DNA of 59,230 nt, filler included, from Sluysia triapertura (taxonomy: Eukaryota): assembly GCA_046118255.1 (NCBI GenBank). It is 4 parts of 4 records of this genome, joined end to end, with 100 filler letters (N's around TTAATTAATTAA, not from the genome) between each part and the next. Parts side by side here need not be neighbours in the genome. Positions count along the whole stretch, not along the records: positions 39,946 to 59,230 come from JBJNIA010077604.1; 3 more parts are not named here. The stretch is one strand, 5' to 3'. The notes under the pieces are model-generated. The model was given only the letters and a program-made list of their open reading frames with translations. It was not told the DNA's origin and ran no database searches. The translations under genes were made by a program, and so were the position numbers. Every line of letters begins with the position of its first letter. Position 1 is the stretch's first letter. Of this stretch, positions 52,883-59,230 are shown piece by piece.

Positions 52883-55800
52883 TTAAAATAAATCAATTAT
52901 TTATTTTATGACTTTGTATTATTTTATAATTTATTTAATAATTATAATTAATAATGTAAATTTCAGAATATCTACATGCACTTGTAAAAATATAATTCTG
53001 TTTTAATAAAAAGTGGCCGTAAACAAAAATCTAACTTAATTTCTACCAATGAAACTTCATAAGTAAGATAACTTTTCAACTATAAACCAGAAAATTAAAG
53101 AAAAAATATATTATTTATATGTAAATGACAAAATTAATCTAAATAGTTTTATAAATAGTATTTCATAAATATTGATATTTATATATTACTTTTATTTATA
53201 ATTTTATAAAAATTAAACCCACAAAACTGAATATTAATTTTTGAATTCATTTTACAATGATTTAGTGAGCCATTATAAATGTAGAGTAAATTGAAAAATT
53301 ATTTTCTTTTGTATACATTAAAAGAGAACTCCAAAAAAATAAGTGAAACCACTATATCGAAAGGATATCCATTGTCCATATTAAACCAATCAAATTTGAT
53401 TTGAATAGAATGAGTTAAATGTTTCAGTTTCAGTTTTAATATTTTATTTTTAGAAAAAGAAAACACTTTATGTTTTCTATTTTTTAGCTTTGAACTTATT
53501 TTTTGTATGTTTATTTGAAAATAAAATGTAATTATTAATAAAAATGTCAAATTTATCTCAGTTATTTTCTTTGGTTGTATAACTTAATGAATTTACATTC
53601 AATAATTATTCATTTAGTGTACAACTAAGGATATTTATTGAGATTAGACATCAAAGAACTGAAATAAAGTTATATTAAATACAAAAATGATTGAATGGTA
53701 TAACCAAAAATATTTGTAAAATATGATTGGATCTTTCTTTATAATACTTATATAATTTTGAAATATCATTTTTCTGTGGGGTCTATGTCAGTTATTTTAT
53801 CAAAATTTATACAATAATGCCAATAGTTTAAATAAATTCAATTAAATTCAATAATGGGGTCATTCTATTTTATTATTTATTTAATTTTTATTACGAATAA
53901 AAATTTGTATGTTAATACCTCCCAAACTCGAACTTAAATGAAAATACTTTTATTATTAGACCATTCAAATAAATTTAAAGTTAAAAATAAAAAGACTTAA
54001 AAACAAAATTATACTAATAATAATGCATAAAAATTTGATTACAAAATTTAATTTGCTAAAGTTACTGAAACTTTATTTTTCAAATTTTCATGATATTTCT
54101 CTCTTAATTCCAGATTTTTCATTAATTTCATACCTTTAGGCTCTATCTTTGAAAATACTAAAATATTTTAGCTTTTTGTAACTTTATTTTGAATTATAAA
54201 AAATTTATTTTATTTTAAAATATGAAATTATTTTAAATTATATTAAATTATTCACATATTATCATTGTTTATTTCTGATGTAACATATTCATTAAATTAT
54301 TTGTAGCGATTTATTTATTTTAATTTGTGTAAAAATCAAATCTAAAATTTACCTTTAAATTAAGATGTACATTTTAGAAATTCAAACTCTTTAACTTAAA
54401 GTACTAGTTTCTAAATACTCAGCATCTTCGGAAAATATTACAAATATTACAAAATCCCATTAAATTAATAAAATAATTTTCTAATTAAAAACTTATTAAC
54501 CTAACAGAAACTTTAAAAAATCAAATTAAATTATTTATTACAGAGCTGCTTTAAAGATTCCACTTTTTAGTGGTTTTGCAATTGATTATGAATTTTTTTC
54601 AGTTTGAGTAAAAATAATATTGAGTAAATATTGAGTAAAAAATATTGAGTAAAAATAATATTGCTAAGAGGCTGCAGAATGTATCTCCATGATATTATAT
54701 TAATTAAAAATTATACTTTATGTTATCAATAATGATGCCGTCAGATAAAAAATGAATCAATTAAACAAATAACAAAAACAATACAATGTACCAAATTGGA
54801 ATATTAAAATTTAGAGACACAAAAAAGTTTGTAAAAACAAAAGACTACATGTTCAGCTAGTAAAATAAATATGTTTAAATTTAAATGCTTTTAAAAAGTA
54901 CCGATGAAGATTAAGTCAGACTACAAAACAAAGCTAAACCATGTATAAGTAGTTAAAAATTATTTTAAATGAAAATCTGTAGTATTTTTAGAATGAGAAG
55001 TTATTTGCATTTAATGGATGTAATTCATGCTATTGTCACCTGAATAGCTTTGTTGACAAATGTTATAAAACGTTTGAAAGTGATGTAAATGCAGAAAATT
55101 ATATCAAAATTATTAAAATAAAGTAACTCCTCAATACACACAGTTACATTAAACGAAAATCTTTTTCAAGTCACATAAAATGTAGTTTTGATATTATTAT
55201 TGTTGAAAGCCTTTGAGTCATTTTTCCAGTAAAACTTTTAATGCTTACGAAATAACAAATATTAAAATATTGAGGATCATTATTAAATTAGCAATAAGTT
55301 AACTTAATGAAACTGAAATAGATACTGTTGACAAAGTGAATATTAACAAATATAAATTAATACAAACCAACACATAAACACTAAAGGAATATATTGTCAT
55401 AATCATGCATATTTTAAAATCATTTGTAATATTAATTGTAGAAATAGTCTAAATTTATGCCATCTCTGAGTATACTTAGGCCTATACACGAATGTCAAGT
55501 CGCTTCAATTTACTACTTTGGTGATAATGATTAATGTGATTAATTATTTGGATTTATAACTTTAACAAACACATCTCGTTTTAAGATATTTAATAACACA
55601 CTTTTCCATTTGTAATTGTGAATGTAATTTTCTTTATTTATAACCTTTACGGCAGGAAAAATATTTTCAATACATTATACATCAGCGTAACACTTTTTAA
55701 TAAAGCAATGTCGGATGCGATGGTTAAGACCTAAACCGTTAACTCATAATCAATATTACATTTCTCATATTTATTACCATTCACCAATCGCATTATATAA

Positions 55801-58205
55801 TTTATATAATTATGTGAGAATTTGATAAGTAAAACTTTTAATTTGATTTTTATACTTATGTGTTTATATACGTGAGTCCTCTATGATACCGGGCTTACAC
55901 ACTTAAGGGCCCATGCATAGAGGTCAGCGTTTAAGGAAAATGCAAGTACTAGATGTTACAGAAAATATTGTCGATTATGCTGTTAGCTAATGTTAGCGAA
56001 GTTATACTTGTAAACAATTTAGTTACCATCTAAAAAGATCTTCAAATTTGAACTTTAAATTAGCTATTATAAAAGTTAACTCTTATTGTTTATAATTATA
56101 CAATTTAGCTAATTTCTTGGGCAAGGGAGTATGCACAAATTTTGAATGCAAATAATTATTAGTGTAAAATTTAGTTTTATTAATTTTTTTTAAAGGATAT
56201 GAATTTTTTATTAATCTTATTGCTATATTTACTAATTTTAATGTGTACTAAAATCTTTAACAAAAAACAAAATATAATAGGCAAATAGTAAATTTAATCA
56301 AATACTATTGTAGCAAAATAGAAAAACAAATATGAAATTACAAAAATGTTAAATTCAAACAAGTTTAATAAATAAACAAATATTATCCAGTAAATTATTA
56401 CAAAAATTGTTAGATTAATACTATTTATACAATAAACAAATATTATCGAACTGTAAATTATAAATATTTATTTGAATTATAGAAACGTAAACCTAAATTC
56501 GATTGACGAACAATTATGCAAGTTTATTGTGAACTAAAGAAATTATTAAATATTATTTTATTACAGTAAAGTAATGTGACAAGTTTAATAAGTAATTTAT
56601 CTTTGTAAAGAAAGTTTACTAATAATTTTTTTAAAATGTTGAGTATCATTTAATTAATTAATTATTAATAATGTGAATAAACTGTCGATAATAATAGCAT
56701 GAGACGATAAAATGATTTTTTTAAATGTTATTAAAATAATATGAACTAATTTCTTGTATTCAAATTCGAATTATCTCGTGGTAATTAATGATTTGTCGAT
56801 GTATTAAAAATTATAAATAATGTCTAAAACAGTCGTAATGATTAATTGTGGTATACTTTTCTACTTCAAATTACTCAAACAATTATAACTCAAATTATTC
56901 AAAACTAATGTGTTTTTTATGTCTCAAATTAACTTGTGTTTCCATCTATGACTAATAAACTTTTTGAATACCTATTTATAATAATTCTACTAATAAGGTC
57001 GTTTGACCTTAAATTCTGTTGACAAATGCTGCGCTTTAGAATGAACTGTACAATACTAAGCTCTAAAATAAACTTAAAACTTTGTATTTTTGGATACTAG
57101 ATAATAATAATAATAATAATAATATAATAACAATAATAATAATAATCACTTTTGAATAATATTTTTAAATAATATAAATATAAAACTATGAATTATAAAT
57201 AGTTTAATAACAACTATTATCTTTCTAAAATATTAAAGATATCGCATAAATTAGCAATAAAATATTAATTAGAGATTAAAATATTACATTACATTTAATT
57301 ATTTACACATTTACAATTATATAATTAACATTATATAATCCCATTATATAACATTATCTAATTTACATAACATCCTACTTCACATTATACATTATATAGT
57401 ATAAATACCATTTACTGCGAAATAAGTATCTAAAACCATTAAAAGAAGTCATTTGTTATAACTTGTAATAATTTGTTATAATTTGTAATAAAATTAAATC
57501 AAAATAAGCCATAATATTAATTTAATTGTAATTACGATGTTAACAATCGCCATCATCTTGTCGTTATTATATTTTTTTAATTAATGTCAAAATTTTCTCA
57601 GGAATGGGAATTATGTATAAATATTTATGTATCGAATTTTAGTCGCAATAATTGTACTAAAGTAAGGAATAAAAGTTATGTATATAAATTTAATTTAATG
57701 TATATGTATTTAATTTTACTTTCAATAATTACATGTAAACGAAAGAATAAAAATTACGTATAGGAATTTGTGTAATGCTTAACTTACAGGGTCCGGTTAC
57801 AGTAAACGTCTTATGTCGTAAAGCAGGCGTTCCTGAAACTATACTTAAGCAAACCTAAATGTAAATTTAATAAAAATTCTTACAACGATAATGATTATTC
57901 TCCTTAACATAAATTAGAAGGTCTGTTAACTTTTAATGCAAATTAATCAATCTGAATTTTGTTAGTTTAATAGTTTTTAATGCTTGCTAATGATACGTTT
58001 ATCAGTGAATTTAATGTTGCTGAAAATAAGAACAAGTTAGAAAACTTAAGATAAATTCCACAAAAATTCCGCACTCCGTAAATAAAATACAAAGAGAAAA
58101 TATTAAAATAATTTTAAAATTAAAATCCGAATATGTTATGATATAATTACAGATTATTTCCCTCATAACATCAGAGTAAAAAGCCACGTTTAAAAAGATT
58201 TTTAG

Positions 58206-58293
58206 TGTTAGACTTCAATAAATAGCTCTGACCAACTGAGCTATTAGTCAATTATATTACCATGTATCTATGGCACTTTAGGCCTGTTCAATA
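58206..58293 (-). mobile_element. Truncated variant of the tRNA-containing LTR-like element
   Basis: The minus strand reads TATTGAACAGGCCTAAAGTGCCAT...GACTAATAGCTCAGTTGGTCAGAGC...GAAGTCTAACA. It has the same 5' motif and 3' terminus as copies 1 and 2, but only the 5' half (A box/D arm) of a tRNA. Confidence 0.75.
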
Positions 58294-59230
58294 AGTATGA
58301 TTAACAAAATTTGATAATTTATTAAAACAATCATCAAATAACTCCAAGTGTAACATCAAGGAATTCGAAAATCAAATAGTAGCAAAAACAGATATCCGCT
58401 TTTCTTTTTTCATATTCACATATAAATTAACTGTAATAAGAAACTTAAATTCAATCAATAATTTTAATGTATCAAATCAAAACTTTACTGGAACAACAAA
58501 ATTATAATGTTGCATCTTTTAAATAATTTAATTTAACTCTTTAATAATTTTAAATTCAGATATCAGAAATTGAACATAAGATTTAGCTTCATTTTATTCT
58601 TTATATCACAATTAATATAAATCGTCAATAATCACAATAAATATAAATTATCACAATAAAAGTTAAATATCTCAAATAAATGTTATAATAAACACTTTTT
58701 AACAATGAACTTTATAAAGCACTATGTTGGGTTTGGTTAAAGATGAAGTGGATATAAGGATTATAACTTATAGTATAAGAATAAAGTAAATATTACTGAG
58801 GAAATAAGATATGTTTGTTAATTACGACGAATTAGTTTATTAATTCTTATTAATTGATTAAACAGTAAGTTTTTATATGTTAAGTTATATTCTCCATTTT
58901 ATGGGAGCAACAAAATAGGCTCAAAATAATAAAAATTTTCACGGCTGGACTTAAGAGAGTCTCAAAATCTAATTAAAATCTAACGGAATAAAGCCTAAAA
59001 ACTTTATTAAAACATTCTATTATCATTATATTACTACAATTTTTCGATAAATTTGATTTTTTTATTATTATATCGTAGCATCTTTGTAATAATAAATTTG
59101 TAAATATTTGATAAATTTGTTTGATACATAAATTGTATTTTTAATAAATAAAGCTTCTGTTGGGATTAGTGAAGAATAAGGGTTGGTATAAGGGTCAAAA
59201 CTTAGGATAACAGAATAAGTTGAACGTTAT

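Overview
This is a very AT-rich, intron-containing eukaryotic scaffold, not prokaryotic. It looks like an invertebrate, most plausibly a flatworm or planarian, inferred from 36-66 nt introns and base composition; the species cannot be determined. Three 100-nt scaffolding gaps carry an artificial TTAATTAATTAA linker. Host genes: (1) the 3' part of a TASK/KCNK3/9-type two-pore K+ channel (+ strand, exons 456-1019 and 3193-3914, plus a probable middle exon 2904-3126 with two apparent 1-nt deletions); (2) the first three coding exons of a TPD52-family gene (+, 8108-8570); (3) two exons of a CDYL-like crotonase-domain gene (-, 46988-47536 and 49507-49717, the latter with an apparent frameshift); (4) a decayed multi-exon gene (-, ~26560-31077) with a possible divergent Regnase/NYN-type PIN domain. 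The rest is mostly transposon debris: Tc1 and other Tc1/mariner relics, TTAA-flanked piggyBac-type MITEs, hAT MITEs, a Ty3/gypsy pol relic, and a probable LTR-element 3' end with an unknown ORF. The most notable signal is a family of ~156-bp TG...CA elements (6001-6159, 19780-19935 with a 4-bp ATGC target-site duplication, and a truncated variant at 58206-58293) that carry a Pol III tRNA-like cassette inside what looks like a solo LTR. A regularly spaced array of covarying hairpins at 10441-10777 is also unexplained.
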